Shown here: in pieces, positions 1-9,828 of the stretch
How positions within the stretch are numbered: the first letter of the stretch is position 1
Layout of the letters: every line of letters begins with the position of its first letter
NCBI GenBank assembly: GCA_963775465.1
Contig: CAVZIW010000003.1
Coordinates: forward strand, 32,001 to 96,000
Reading direction: 5' to 3'
Length of the DNA stretch: 64,000 nucleotides
Origin: Candidatus Bathyarchaeota archaeon
Lineage (GTDB): Archaea; Thermoproteota; Bathyarchaeia; Bathyarchaeales; Bathycorpusculaceae
Translations under genes and position numbers: made by a program
The notes under the pieces: model-generated
Databases searched by the model: none
The model's input: the letters and a program-made list of their open reading frames with translations, nothing else
What the model was told of the DNA's origin: nothing

Positions 1-544
1 CTTCAATTTCTTCGAAGGTTTTAGGTCCCGAAATCAAGAATTGCAAAAGGGCCTCTTCATGACCCTCAGAGTGGGCAGGAAGGGTATCCACAAAATCTGG
101 AAAACAACCGAGTCGTTCTGTTAGGCGAATCCCAAAAGAGGAGGCATAATATTCTTCTCGCACTTCAGAAACTAAGCCAACTGCCATTAAAGGACGAAGA
201 TATTCTTCACTAATGGCAATTTTATCATGTTTATGCTTGCTTTTTCTTAATTCCCGCTGAAGCTGCTTTAGGGAAAAACGGCTGTTTTCAATTGTCTTTA
301 AAATCTGAAGCCTCTTTTCGCTTTTAAGAGCGTTGAAAAGGTCTCGAATGTAGTGGGGATTAGCCATTGCTTGTCCTAATCCACGCAGTTCATTTTTCAA
401 CTTGTAAACCTGACATCTGTTTATACATTGAAGAGGAGATATTGGAGAACAGTTTTTGCATTCAGCATCGAGAGAAGTAAGCACTCCAGATAGGGCGCAA
501 TTGTTTTCTTTTTTTCGAAGCAATGTTAAGACATTACTCATCAT
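1..544 (-). CDS. Partial (runs off window) winged-HTH transcriptional regulator with N-terminal Cys cluster
   Basis: My translation from ATG at 544: MMSNVLTLL...CKNCSPISPLQCINRC...LFNALKSEKRLQILKTIENSRFSLKQLQRELRK...YLRPLMAVGLV (ArsR-like wHTH); open to window edge; absent from the ORF track. Confidence 0.7.
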   Translation of the reverse strand, partial: MMSNVLTLLRKKENNCALSGVLTSLDAECKNCSPISPLQCINRCQVYKLKNELRGLGQAMANPHYIRDLFNALKSEKRLQILKTIENSRFSLKQLQRELRKSKHKHDKIAISEEYLRPLMAVGLVSEVREEYYASSFGIRLTERLGCFPDFVDTLPAHSEGHEEALLQFLISGPKTFEEIE

Positions 545-662
545 TCATTCGCCTTGATTACTTGAACGCACAATGGGCAGGCTTGAGAATGCCATCTACC
601 CATCCAGTCCGACAATTACAGAACCATATTTTTACTGTAAAAAGCGTTCTCGTAAAGAAACC

Positions 663-695
663 TTGACTAACCCTTAGTCAAACTTTCTTGACTAA
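663..695. promoter_or_regulatory. Operator-like inverted repeat TTGACTAA-ccc-TTAGTCAA plus a third TTGACTAA copy
   Basis: Perfect 8-bp inverted repeat 663-670/674-681 and direct copy 688-695 in the divergent intergenic region. Confidence 0.6.
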
Positions 696-763
696 AAAAT
701 GAACCACCTCATAACCCACCAAAATTTTTTAGGTGCACTAGCCATTATCTTAGAAGATATTTC

Positions 764-1348
764 ATGAAGAAGATACGTGTTTATCTTGCAGGCCCTGAAG
801 TTTTTCTAAAAAACGCAAAAGAAATTGGTCAAGCCAAAAAAGAACTCTGCAAACAATACGGATTTGAGGGTATTTACCCGTTGGATAATGAGATAGAGAC
901 TACGGGTAAAATCCCAATGCAGATAGGTTTTTGCATCAACACAGCGAATGAAGAGTTGATTAAAACCTGCGATATAATTGTTGCAAATATTACGCCCTTC
1001 CGTGGGCCAAGTGCCGATGTAGGAACTGCCTATGAAATGGGGTTTGCACATGGACTTGGCAAAAAAGTATTTGCTTACACTAACACTACTGAACTTTTTA
1101 CGGAACGGACAATAAGAACACTCAACTGCAAAGTTGACAGAGACAAGGACGGGAAACTAAGAGATTCGTACGGTATGTTAGTTGAAGAAATGGAGTTAAC
1201 GGATAATTTAATGCTTGACGGTTGTGTGCATGCAAGCAGCGATTGCTTAGTGGTTGAGCAGTCACCTGCAACTCAATTGTTCACTTTCCTTGGAGGATTT
1301 GAAAAATGTCTTAAAACCGCCCAAAAATTGTGCAAGTCAAAGGATTAG
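764..1348 (+). CDS. Nucleoside 2-deoxyribosyltransferase family protein
   Basis: VYLAGP N-terminal motif, D-x-G-T-A-Y-E-x-G-F-A-x-G-L-G-K motif, NLML. Confidence 0.85.
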   Translation: MKKIRVYLAGPEVFLKNAKEIGQAKKELCKQYGFEGIYPLDNEIETTGKIPMQIGFCINTANEELIKTCDIIVANITPFRGPSADVGTAYEMGFAHGLGKKVFAYTNTTELFTERTIRTLNCKVDRDKDGKLRDSYGMLVEEMELTDNLMLDGCVHASSDCLVVEQSPATQLFTFLGGFEKCLKTAQKLCKSKD

Positions 1349-1404
1349 CAAAATGATAATTTTTGATTACTTTGCGAGTTAGGAAAAATCGATAGAAAAA
1401 ACCG

Positions 1405-2154
1405 CTACGGATTAAATTTGTAAGTAGTCTCCGTTATGATAGCGTTTTGCATTTTACCCTGCCAAGATATCAGGACATCTCCAGTGTTCCAGTATTGCAT
1501 TGGCTTGTACTGTGCCTCTATTGTATAGATTGGATTTGGCGTCACAGGATATTGCATAGTGACGTTCCAGCCTGAACTTTGATAAGAGTAAAATTCAGAA
1601 CCCATCATACCCATCGGAGTCATTCTGCCGCCGATCCAAGTTAACGATTGCATGTACGGGTCGGTCTGATTGTGGTAAGCCTGTATATACAGCATAATTA
1701 AATCTCTAATTTGTTCCTGATCTAAACCTAATTGAGGGACATTATTGATAGTGTTGCTGGTTTCGGATATCAAGCCATCTTTGTAGGTTCCAACCCAATC
1801 GAAGACGCATCCATCTGATGAGTAATTGACAGATATTTTGTAAATTGATTTTGCAACCACAGGATTCTGTAACGAAATATCCCAGTTCCCGCTATGATAC
1901 ATATATGTCTTTGAACCAAGCAATCCAGAAGCTTCTCTGCCTTCGCTCCAAGAAAGGCTTTGCATTAGAGGAAAAGTCACCGTGTGATTAGCCGCAATGT
2001 ATACCATTACTTGGTCACGAATCTGTTCCATGAAAAAAACCGTGTTGCTTGAGTTATCATGGTTTTGAGCCAAAAAATATGTCAAACCCAAATATCCGCC
2101 TAAGACAACAAGAAACAAGGTTATTGCGAAAGCGGCGATTATCGTTTTTCGCAA
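1405..2154 (-). CDS. Membrane-anchored/secreted protein with tandem duplicated domain
   Basis: N-terminal hydrophobic helix; two copies of EQIRD..M.YI.A.H..T.P.MQSL.W..GR...Y.Y.S..W....Q.PV....IY.I. Confidence 0.7.
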   Translation of the reverse strand: MRKTIIAAFAITLFLVVLGGYLGLTYFLAQNHDNSSNTVFFMEQIRDQVMVYIAANHTVTFPLMQSLSWSEGREASGLLGSKTYMYHSGNWDISLQNPVVAKSIYKISVNYSSDGCVFDWVGTYKDGLISETSNTINNVPQLGLDQEQIRDLIMLYIQAYHNQTDPYMQSLTWIGGRMTPMGMMGSEFYSYQSSGWNVTMQYPVTPNPIYTIEAQYKPMQYWNTGDVLISWQGKMQNAIITETTYKFNP

Positions 2155-2232
2155 ATATTTTCACCTATTTGGTTTAGCACAGAATAACTATATAGAGCCT
2201 TTGGCTGAAAAAGCAGCCAAACAAAAAACTTG

Positions 2233-2529
2233 TTAGCCCATTAACGTCGGATGGGCATCTTCTTCATTGATGTGGTGCATCACGTGGATAGCTAAACCGG
2301 TAGCTGCACCCGCCGAAAGCCCGACAAGCAAATAGGTCAACCATGAATAGCCCCCAACTAACCCTACAACAGCTAACGCATCAAAACCCAATGCAACAGC
2401 AAGATAACCAACACACCACATTTTAACACTCATCCCGCGAGGCTTATTTATACCGATACCGCCGAGCATACCCAACATTATTAGAAAGCCAACTAACGCG
2501 TAAACCAAATCGTAACTCAATCTCATCAC
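2233..2529 (-). CDS. Small 3-TM membrane protein of unknown function
   Basis: 98 aa, three hydrophobic segments, GGTG Shine-Dalgarno-like sequence at the start. Confidence 0.65.
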   Translation of the reverse strand: MMRLSYDLVYALVGFLIMLGMLGGIGINKPRGMSVKMWCVGYLAVALGFDALAVVGLVGGYSWLTYLLVGLSAGAATGLAIHVMHHINEEDAHPTLMG

Positions 2530-2671
2530 CTAGTCTACAGGGGGCATTGTTCCCGTTGGACTTAATTAGTCTATCGAAATCCAATTAACCTTCAAAGTTA
2601 ATTGATCCTTTCCAACTACCTCACCGTTAACCTTTTTTACTTACAAAAAAGAATCTAAAGCCAAAAAGGGT

Positions 2672-4789
2672 GTGGATTCATTAACCAACTTTGACGTTAG
2701 ACAATGCCATAAATGGGCTCAACTTCTTATAGAGCGCAAACAAAAACTCGACCAAGCTTACGCAGACATTGACCGCCAAGATTTTGAAGCTGCGAAGCAA
2801 GCGTCCAATCAAATTTTCAATGGATCTCTTGGCGGAAAGCAGACAGACCCAGGAATGTCAGGTTCGCTCCTCTATCACATGGCTATGGTTACAAAAATGG
2901 AATCCGAAAGCAAAGTACTTCTCGAAGAGCTAAAGGTCAGCTTACCAAATATAGAACCAGATTTAAACAGGATCTACAGCGATTTCGAATCTGACGCCAA
3001 ACAACTAACAAAACCGTTAGGTTCAATTCCAAGGGCATTTCAAACAATCCAAACTAAACGATTAGCAACGGAGGAAAAAATATCACTCTTCACTAAGCTC
3101 AAACAGGAAACCAAAATCGCAGAAGATCTACTAAGAAAGAAAGACCCCAAAGCAAAAGCAGCACTTGAAAAAGCCTTCCTCGACTGGACCCAACACGTTG
3201 TACAGATGCGACTCATACAAGAATATGAAACAATTAAGGGACTACTCGTAACCACCGAACTTGCAAAAAAAATTGGTTTGCCCACGCTTGAAGCAGCCAT
3301 GAGTCGGGTTAAAGAAAAGTTCGGTCAAGAAACCGTCAAAATCGCTCTTGACGTGACGCTGAAAGTTGGCATGCGCCGCGAAAAACTACAATCAGTCATG
3401 TTAAGCGACCACTTCATCAACTACACAATGAGCACCCAAACCTTAGACGGGCACATGGAGTTTTTGAACTGCCCCATATACGGCAGCCATAAGTACGCTC
3501 AAGAAAAATATGGCACCCCCAAGGAAGTATCAGAACTATTTTGCCGCCAATTCTGCTTTGCCCACGCCAAAGCCATGCTTGACACAGTTTTACCATTCCC
3601 ATTCACTCTTTGGCAACCAAAACTAATCGCAAATGATAGCAAGTGCGAATTCTACCTAAAACTAGCATACTCGCCCATCGCAGACTTAACTCAACAGTTT
3701 GTGCCCCTTGTGATGTCTTGGAACGTAACGCGTGAATGCAACATGAAATGCAGCCACTGCTACATTAATGCCACAGATAAAAAGCTTGAAAATGAATTAA
3801 CCACCGAAGAAGCAAAAGCATTCATGGACCAAATCTGTCAAGTCAGTAAACCCTTACTTATTCTCAGCGGTGGCGAACCACTCCTGCGTAAAGACATCTT
3901 TGAACTCATAGAATATGGTGCAAGCAAAGGTTTGAAAATGGGCTTGGGAAGCAACGGCTACCTAATCGACGATTCTATCGCGAAGAAACTCAAAGATGCC
4001 GGAATCGCAACCGTTTCAATCAGCCTTGACTCAAACGTTCCAGCCCAACATGATGAATTCAGAGGTGTAAAGGGAGCATTTGAAAAAGCCGTCAACGCAT
4101 GCAAAGCTCTACGAAAAAACGATGTACTCGTACAAGTTAACGCCACATTAACACACCACAACTACGATCAAATCGACGACATCATGTCACTAGCCGAAGA
4201 TATCGGAGTCGAAAATTTCCATTTATTTTTCCTTGTCCCTACAGGACGAGGCGTAAAATTAACCGATATTTCACCTCAAAAATACGAGGACATGATAACA
4301 AAGACCTTTGCAAAGGTTAACAAGCACAGATTAAATGTAAGACCCTCATGCGCCCCGCAATTCATGCGAATTGCTAAAGGTATGGGTTTAGACATGCGAC
4401 AATGGATACGTGGATGCATTGCTGGATTGTACTATTGCCGTATTTACCCAAACGGAGATGTAACACCATGCCCCTACTTGCCAATAAAACTCGGCAACGT
4501 TCGAGAAAACACCTTCAAAGACATCTGGTTCAACTCAAAAGTCTTCAAACAACTGCGTGATTCAAATACATTAAAAGGCAAATGCGGCGCTTGTGAATAC
4601 AGAATTATCTGCGGGGGATGCAGAGCCCGGGCCTACGGATTGTCAAGCGACTTCATAGACTACTGTGGCGATTTGCATGTTCCATCGGAAATAAAAGGAG
4701 ATTACTTAGCTGAAGATCCGTGGTGTGTCTATGAACCAAAAAACTATTTAAGCAAAAGACGACTCTCAAAAACTTCAACAGGCAGTTAA
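2672..4789 (+). CDS. Radical SAM/SPASM protein (NirJ/AhbD-like C-terminal half) with ~340-aa N-terminal extension
   Basis: CNMKCSHC (CX3CX2C), SGGEPLLR, SPASM Cys set GCIAG..C..PCPY..KCGACEYRIICGGCRARA..DPWC. Confidence 0.85.
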   Translation: MDSLTNFDVRQCHKWAQLLIERKQKLDQAYADIDRQDFEAAKQASNQIFNGSLGGKQTDPGMSGSLLYHMAMVTKMESESKVLLEELKVSLPNIEPDLNRIYSDFESDAKQLTKPLGSIPRAFQTIQTKRLATEEKISLFTKLKQETKIAEDLLRKKDPKAKAALEKAFLDWTQHVVQMRLIQEYETIKGLLVTTELAKKIGLPTLEAAMSRVKEKFGQETVKIALDVTLKVGMRREKLQSVMLSDHFINYTMSTQTLDGHMEFLNCPIYGSHKYAQEKYGTPKEVSELFCRQFCFAHAKAMLDTVLPFPFTLWQPKLIANDSKCEFYLKLAYSPIADLTQQFVPLVMSWNVTRECNMKCSHCYINATDKKLENELTTEEAKAFMDQICQVSKPLLILSGGEPLLRKDIFELIEYGASKGLKMGLGSNGYLIDDSIAKKLKDAGIATVSISLDSNVPAQHDEFRGVKGAFEKAVNACKALRKNDVLVQVNATLTHHNYDQIDDIMSLAEDIGVENFHLFFLVPTGRGVKLTDISPQKYEDMITKTFAKVNKHRLNVRPSCAPQFMRIAKGMGLDMRQWIRGCIAGLYYCRIYPNGDVTPCPYLPIKLGNVRENTFKDIWFNSKVFKQLRDSNTLKGKCGACEYRIICGGCRARAYGLSSDFIDYCGDLHVPSEIKGDYLAEDPWCVYEPKNYLSKRRLSKTSTGS

Positions 4790-5012
4790 ATAGGCTTTGG
4801 CAGCCCGCAAACACAGCGTTTCAGTGCCTGTGGACCGCCAAAACAAAAAAGAAGGCGAAAAAATGAACGGAGTCCACACCACAATAAATTTAGCCAAGGC
4901 AGAAATAGAAAAAGCTCTACTCAATAAAACTAATACTTCGACAATCAAAAAGACAAATACTGTTTTTAAGTTGCACCACCTAAAAACAAGCAGACATTAG
5001 GAGGCACCCAGC

Positions 5013-6215
5013 ATTTCACATGCCGGTCTCTCTAAGAATTTCTTCGGAATGTTTAAAGAGGCCACCCTGTCTTGCGTGTTTGACATAGGCGGCTTAATCG
5101 CCGGTTTTGCAATAGCTCTCCAGCTCGGGATATTTCAACTCTCACCTTGGGCCATTGCACTTTATCCTGCAGTAGTTAGCGTCAAAGGAGTCACTACAGG
5201 TTTACTAACAGGGCGTCTAAGCACAGCATTACACCTCGGGACAGTTTACCCCAAGTTTTTTGGGAACACTCAAAGCTTCTATAAACTCATCGGAGCAATA
5301 GTGGTTCTAACTCTTACTACAAGCGCAACCATCAGCGTTATAGCCATACTCTTTGGAACACTATTTTGGGGAATAACATTAGCTGATTTTTCTGCTATCC
5401 TAACAGTTATGGTCGCCACCATGTCTTTGGGTTTACTCACAACCCTAATTACAACAAAAGTCATGTTCATTTCTTTTAGGAGAAGCCTTGATCCAGAGGT
5501 AATCGTTTTCCCAGCAATCTCTACGATGGCAGATATTGTAATAACTTTCATGTACATAGGGGTTCTAAACTTATACTTTTCAAGCGACCTCGGTCAGTGG
5601 ACTATCATCTTATTCGGAATCTTCAATGTCGGACTGGTATTAATTACACTATATAGGTTCATTCGAAAAGCAGATTTTCTGAGAATAATTAAGGAATCAT
5701 TGGCAACACTGCTTCTAATCGCTTTTGTCGTAAATATAACTGGCACGGCTCTGAGAGGCGTTAATGCTTTAGCAGGCATTCGAAGAGAAATCTTCATAGT
5801 TTATCCAGCAATTATTGACTTGATCGGAGACGTGGGTCTTATTGTTGGATCAGCCGCCACGACAAAACTTGCATTGGGGGCACTTGCTCCTTCTTTTTCA
5901 TCAATAAAAAGCCATGCCAAAAACATATTTAGCACATGGCTCTCATCAATTCTACTATTTGGAGTCCTCAGTGTTCTTGCATTAGCCATAAACAACAAGT
6001 TGTCTCTTCCAGGAATTTCGAGCCTTCTACCTACTCTTTTCTTAACTAACATAATTGCTTTCATTGGAATTGTTGTTATATCCTATGCAATTTCCATTGT
6101 TACTTTCAAAAGAGGCTTAGACCCTGACAACTTTGTCATCCCCGTCATAAGCACTTTAGCAGACAGCATAACAACCATAGCTCTATTTGCCGTCCTAAAT
6201 ATCGTGATTCTTTAA
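5013..6215 (+). CDS. MgtE/SLC41-type divalent cation transporter (duplicated membrane domain)
   Basis: GRLSTALHLG, LDPEVIVFP.....AD and GLDPDNFVIP.ISTLAD motifs; first ATG at 5049, but an in-frame ATT at 5013 follows AGGAGG. Confidence 0.8.
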   Translation: MSHAGLSKNFFGMFKEATLSCVFDIGGLIAGFAIALQLGIFQLSPWAIALYPAVVSVKGVTTGLLTGRLSTALHLGTVYPKFFGNTQSFYKLIGAIVVLTLTTSATISVIAILFGTLFWGITLADFSAILTVMVATMSLGLLTTLITTKVMFISFRRSLDPEVIVFPAISTMADIVITFMYIGVLNLYFSSDLGQWTIILFGIFNVGLVLITLYRFIRKADFLRIIKESLATLLLIAFVVNITGTALRGVNALAGIRREIFIVYPAIIDLIGDVGLIVGSAATTKLALGALAPSFSSIKSHAKNIFSTWLSSILLFGVLSVLALAINNKLSLPGISSLLPTLFLTNIIAFIGIVVISYAISIVTFKRGLDPDNFVIPVISTLADSITTIALFAVLNIVIL

Positions 6216-6279
6216 CGCCTCTTCGCCATAATTAAAATATAAGGAAAAGGTATCCTTTAGCTGGAGCGCTCATTTAACA

Positions 6280-7476
6280 TTGCCCCAATTTGAAAAAATA
6301 GAATATAAACCAGTCCCAGTTAGAGAAATTCTTCTTGAAATGAAAAATCTTTCTGAGTTAATGATTGACCTAGCATATTCGTCAGCATTATACAATGATA
6401 AAGATCTAGCGGAAGACGTGCTTGCACTAGAATCAAGAGTTGATAATTTATCTTACCTTCTAGAAATGGAAATAATGATTGCTGCCAGAGACGCAAAAGA
6501 TGCAGAGGCATTAATTGGTGTTTCAATTGTTGCAGCCTCAACCGATAAAATATCTGACGCCGCAGCCGATATAGCTGCGATAGTAACCCGAAACATAGGA
6601 GTTCATCCTATCGTGGGTGAAATCTTTGAAAAAGTACAAGAACGCTTAATGAAAGTCACAGTCAAACCCAATTCTTCAATCATAAACAAAAGAATTGATG
6701 ATTTGGATTTGGAAGTAAAGATGGGGGTAGACATCATTGCTATTCGTAGAAACAGCGACTGGTTACTAAACCCAACTAGCGAAGAAAAAGTTTTCCAGGG
6801 AGACATTCTAATAACTCGTGGAGCACCCTCGGGAGTTGAAGAGTTTAAAGATTTAGCAGAAGGAAAACTTGCAACATTAGACGTAGATAAACGAGCAAAG
6901 TTTGAAGAAATAGTTACAAAGTTCGTGGAGCTAAAAGACACCTCGGAGTTAATGCTGGATTTAGCTTACTCAGCGTTAATGCTAAACAGCAAAGAGCTCG
7001 CCGAAGAAGTAGAAGGACTAGAGGAACACATGGACCAGCTGCACACAAACGTTGAGTTACTTGCCTTAAACAGTGATTTCAAGAAGGAAGAAGCATCAGG
7101 CTTTCTCGGCTTAATTAGACTTGGCATTGCAACCGAGAAAATAGCTGACGCAGCAGCTGACATGGCAGAGGTTGTATTAAGAGGCATAGAACCACATCCA
7201 ATCTTAGAATTAGCAATAAGAGAAGCTGAAGATACTGTTGCTCAAGCCTGTGTTACTGCCGATTCGCTGCTTATAGGCAAAACATTGAAAGAAACGCAGG
7301 TGCATGAGGAAACCGGCATGTGGATTTTAGTCATAAAAAGAGATAATAAATGTGTTCGACCGAGGGCAGACACAGTAATTAAAACAGATGACATTTTAGT
7401 TGCTTCAGGATACGCTGAAGGAGCTGACGCTTTAAGAAAAATGGCTTCTCCTGCTCAAACCTGCGAAGATGAATAA
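6280..7476 (+). CDS. PhoU + TrkA-C (RCK C-terminal) tandem-duplicated regulatory protein
   Basis: Two repeats of E.K..SELM.DLAYS.L..+ TrkA-C (IIAIRR / ILVIKR); typical partner of archaeal MgtE-like genes. Confidence 0.85.
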   Translation: MPQFEKIEYKPVPVREILLEMKNLSELMIDLAYSSALYNDKDLAEDVLALESRVDNLSYLLEMEIMIAARDAKDAEALIGVSIVAASTDKISDAAADIAAIVTRNIGVHPIVGEIFEKVQERLMKVTVKPNSSIINKRIDDLDLEVKMGVDIIAIRRNSDWLLNPTSEEKVFQGDILITRGAPSGVEEFKDLAEGKLATLDVDKRAKFEEIVTKFVELKDTSELMLDLAYSALMLNSKELAEEVEGLEEHMDQLHTNVELLALNSDFKKEEASGFLGLIRLGIATEKIADAAADMAEVVLRGIEPHPILELAIREAEDTVAQACVTADSLLIGKTLKETQVHEETGMWILVIKRDNKCVRPRADTVIKTDDILVASGYAEGADALRKMASPAQTCEDE

Positions 7477-7570
7477 ACCAAGAATTTTTCTTTTCGCCCC
7501 CATCAAAACTATAAGCTAGTTAAATGTAACCAATCAAAAGAAAGCTACTTTAATTTGAAGAGGGGTTGAG

Positions 7571-7906
7571 ATAACGTTAACGTGCCAAAATCCTATTTGT
7601 AGAAGAACCTTTGCAACACCCCTAAAAACCGTTAATTTACGGGATATCTTTCCTGAACCGTACCTAGCCTGCCCTTACTGCTTAACCAAAATAGAAGACC
7701 CCGATACTAAAACTCGAATAGAAAAGAGGGCACCTGAAAAAACTGAATACAAAAACAAACAGCAAACAAAAGAGATATTGGAAAAGTCGCAAACATGTCA
7801 ACATCACCTTGGATACCTTAGTGAACGCACACAAAGTGATGAAATTCCTGAACCTTGTCTTGTTTGCAAAAATGTCATTGACTGCATGAAAAGAAAAAGC
7901 AGGTAA
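7571..7906 (+). CDS. Small multi-Cys zinc-finger protein (non-canonical ATA start)
   Basis: My translation: ITLTCQNPICRRTF...LACPYCLTK...CQHHLGYLSERTQSDEIPEPCLVCKNVIDCMKRKSR*; GAGGGG before ATA; in-frame TGA at 7556 and no ATG/GTG/TTG upstream of the first Cys pair. Confidence 0.7.
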   Translation: MTLTCQNPICRRTFATPLKTVNLRDIFPEPYLACPYCLTKIEDPDTKTRIEKRAPEKTEYKNKQQTKEILEKSQTCQHHLGYLSERTQSDEIPEPCLVCKNVIDCMKRKSR

Positions 7907-7988
7907 TATTTACAATTCTTCCTATAATAGCGGGTTAAAAATAAATCAAAAAAACTGAAAGGAAAATAAGAAAAAACTCAAGATACTA

Positions 7989-8360
7989 TTACTTTTTCTT
8001 TTCTACAGGTTTTTCTTCGGCTGCAGGAGCTTCTGACATGTTTTCTGGTTCAGTTTCTGCTTTGGGCTCTTCCTTCTTATCTTCAATTTCGGTTGTGATT
8101 TCTTCGATTGGTTTTGGAGGCGGGGTTGTTGCCATTGTCCAACCGATCCAGGCGCCAATGAAAAGAATAGCCACGAATGCAATGAAGACGGGTATTGCGA
8201 TAGTCCAGAATTGGGCGTTTTGCTTTGCAGCAGCCGTATTTGCGATTAAACCGATAGTGCTAAGCCAAGTCGGATAGAATAATGTAACCAGATAACCAAC
8301 AGCTACGACAACACAAACGACTAGTATTGCTCCACCTATACCTTGATCTTTGCTAACCAT
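7989..8360 (-). CDS. Small 2-TM membrane protein with acidic tail, DPM2-like pattern
   Basis: KDQGIGGAILVV..Y and WTIAIPVFIAFVAILFIGAWIGWTMATT followed by a Glu/Pro-rich tail. Confidence 0.65.
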   Translation of the reverse strand: MVSKDQGIGGAILVVCVVVAVGYLVTLFYPTWLSTIGLIANTAAAKQNAQFWTIAIPVFIAFVAILFIGAWIGWTMATTPPPKPIEEITTEIEDKKEEPKAETEPENMSEAPAAEEKPVEKKK

Positions 8361-8438
8361 TTAGTGATTCACCACTTTATAGCCATGTATCTTCTTAGAC
8401 AATTTAAAGTTTGTCATAATTTTCAATTGAGCCGTTGA

Positions 8439-9695
8439 TTAGGTGGTGCCCATTTCCCAAGTCGAAAGATATTTTTTCTGCTCTTCAGTAAGCTCGTCAA
8501 TTTTGATCCCCATGGAATGAAGTTTTAATTCAGCTATTTTTTCATCAATTTCTTTGGGAACACCATAGACTTTAGTATGGAGCTTATCTGACTTGGCTAT
8601 GAATTCTGCGCAGAGAGCTTGATTGGCAAAAGACATATCCATAACTTCGGATGGATGCCCTTCTGCTGCTGTAAGGTTTACTAGTCTGCCTTCAGCGAGC
8701 AGATATAATCGTCTCCCGTCGTTAAGGGAATATTCTTCCATGTTTGGACGCATTGTACGTTTAGATTTTGAGAGGCCTTCCAGGTCAGATATGCTAATTT
8801 CTACGTTAAAGTGACCACTGTTACAGAGGATAGCGCCATCTTTCATCTTCTGCATGTGTTCTTTGCGAATAACATTAAGATCACCTGTTGCTGTCGCAAA
8901 TATATCGCCTATCGGTGCTGCTTCAGACATAGGCATAACTCGTAATCCATTCATGGCTGCCTCCAATGCTCGAGTTGGTTGAACCTCAGTTACAATTACA
9001 TTTGCTCCTAAACCTTGGGCACGCATTGCTATGCCACGACTGCACCAACCATAGCCTCCAACAACGAAGTTTTTGCCGGCAAGCAAAACTGAAGTTGCCC
9101 GCAGAATACCGTCGATTGTGCTTTGACCCGTGCCATAGCGGTTGTCGAAAAGATATTTGGTAAATGCATCATTGACGGCTATTATGGGATATTTTAGAGT
9201 ATTATCACATTCCATGGCGCGCAATCGAACAACGCCAGTTGTTGTTTCTTCAGTACCACCCCTGATGTCTTTTATTTGCTCTTGCCGTTTGCTATGCAAC
9301 ATACCAATTACATCGGCGCCGTCGTCCATAGTCATGGTGGGCTTAAAGTCGAGAACTTTTTCAATACATCTATAGTAGTCTTCAGTATTTTGTCCTCTCC
9401 AAGCAAAAACGTGTACACCACTATCAGCTAATGCAGCAGCGACATCATCTTGAGTTGAAAGTGGATTGGAGCCACAGAGAGCGATTTTAGCTCCTCCAGC
9501 AACCAATACATTCACCAAAACAGCAGTCTCCTTTGTCACATGTAGACATGCAGCTAGAATATGGTTCTTTAGAGGTTTTTCCTTTTCAAACCGAGTTTTA
9601 ATTATATTAAGAACAGGCATATGTTTTGCTGCCCATTCAATCTGTAAATGCCCTTGAGGTGCAAGACTCTTATCTTTGATTTGAAATTGGTCCAT
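8439..9695 (-). CDS. ahcY: S-adenosylhomocysteine hydrolase
   Basis: [45 protein letters not shown]; likely start ATG 9695. Confidence 0.97.
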   Translation of the reverse strand: MDQFQIKDKSLAPQGHLQIEWAAKHMPVLNIIKTRFEKEKPLKNHILAACLHVTKETAVLVNVLVAGGAKIALCGSNPLSTQDDVAAALADSGVHVFAWRGQNTEDYYRCIEKVLDFKPTMTMDDGADVIGMLHSKRQEQIKDIRGGTEETTTGVVRLRAMECDNTLKYPIIAVNDAFTKYLFDNRYGTGQSTIDGILRATSVLLAGKNFVVGGYGWCSRGIAMRAQGLGANVIVTEVQPTRALEAAMNGLRVMPMSEAAPIGDIFATATGDLNVIRKEHMQKMKDGAILCNSGHFNVEISISDLEGLSKSKRTMRPNMEEYSLNDGRRLYLLAEGRLVNLTAAEGHPSEVMDMSFANQALCAEFIAKSDKLHTKVYGVPKEIDEKIAELKLHSMGIKIDELTEEQKKYLSTWEMGTT

Positions 9696-9828
9696 CTGAA
9701 ATCCTTCTTTTTCTGAAACATTGTATTCTCTACTTATTAGAATTTCCTCCCAATATGACCAAGCTTTAGATGTTAGCGCTAAAAAAACTTTAATTATGCA
9801 TTGTCCAGAGATACTCTGAGGGAGCATA

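Noticed and set aside
4797-5000. 67-aa ORF after the radical SAM gene as a RiPP precursor
   Set aside because: No leader/core pattern; low-complexity A-rich sequence overlapping the probable mgtE promoter; the enzyme looks AhbD/NirJ-like
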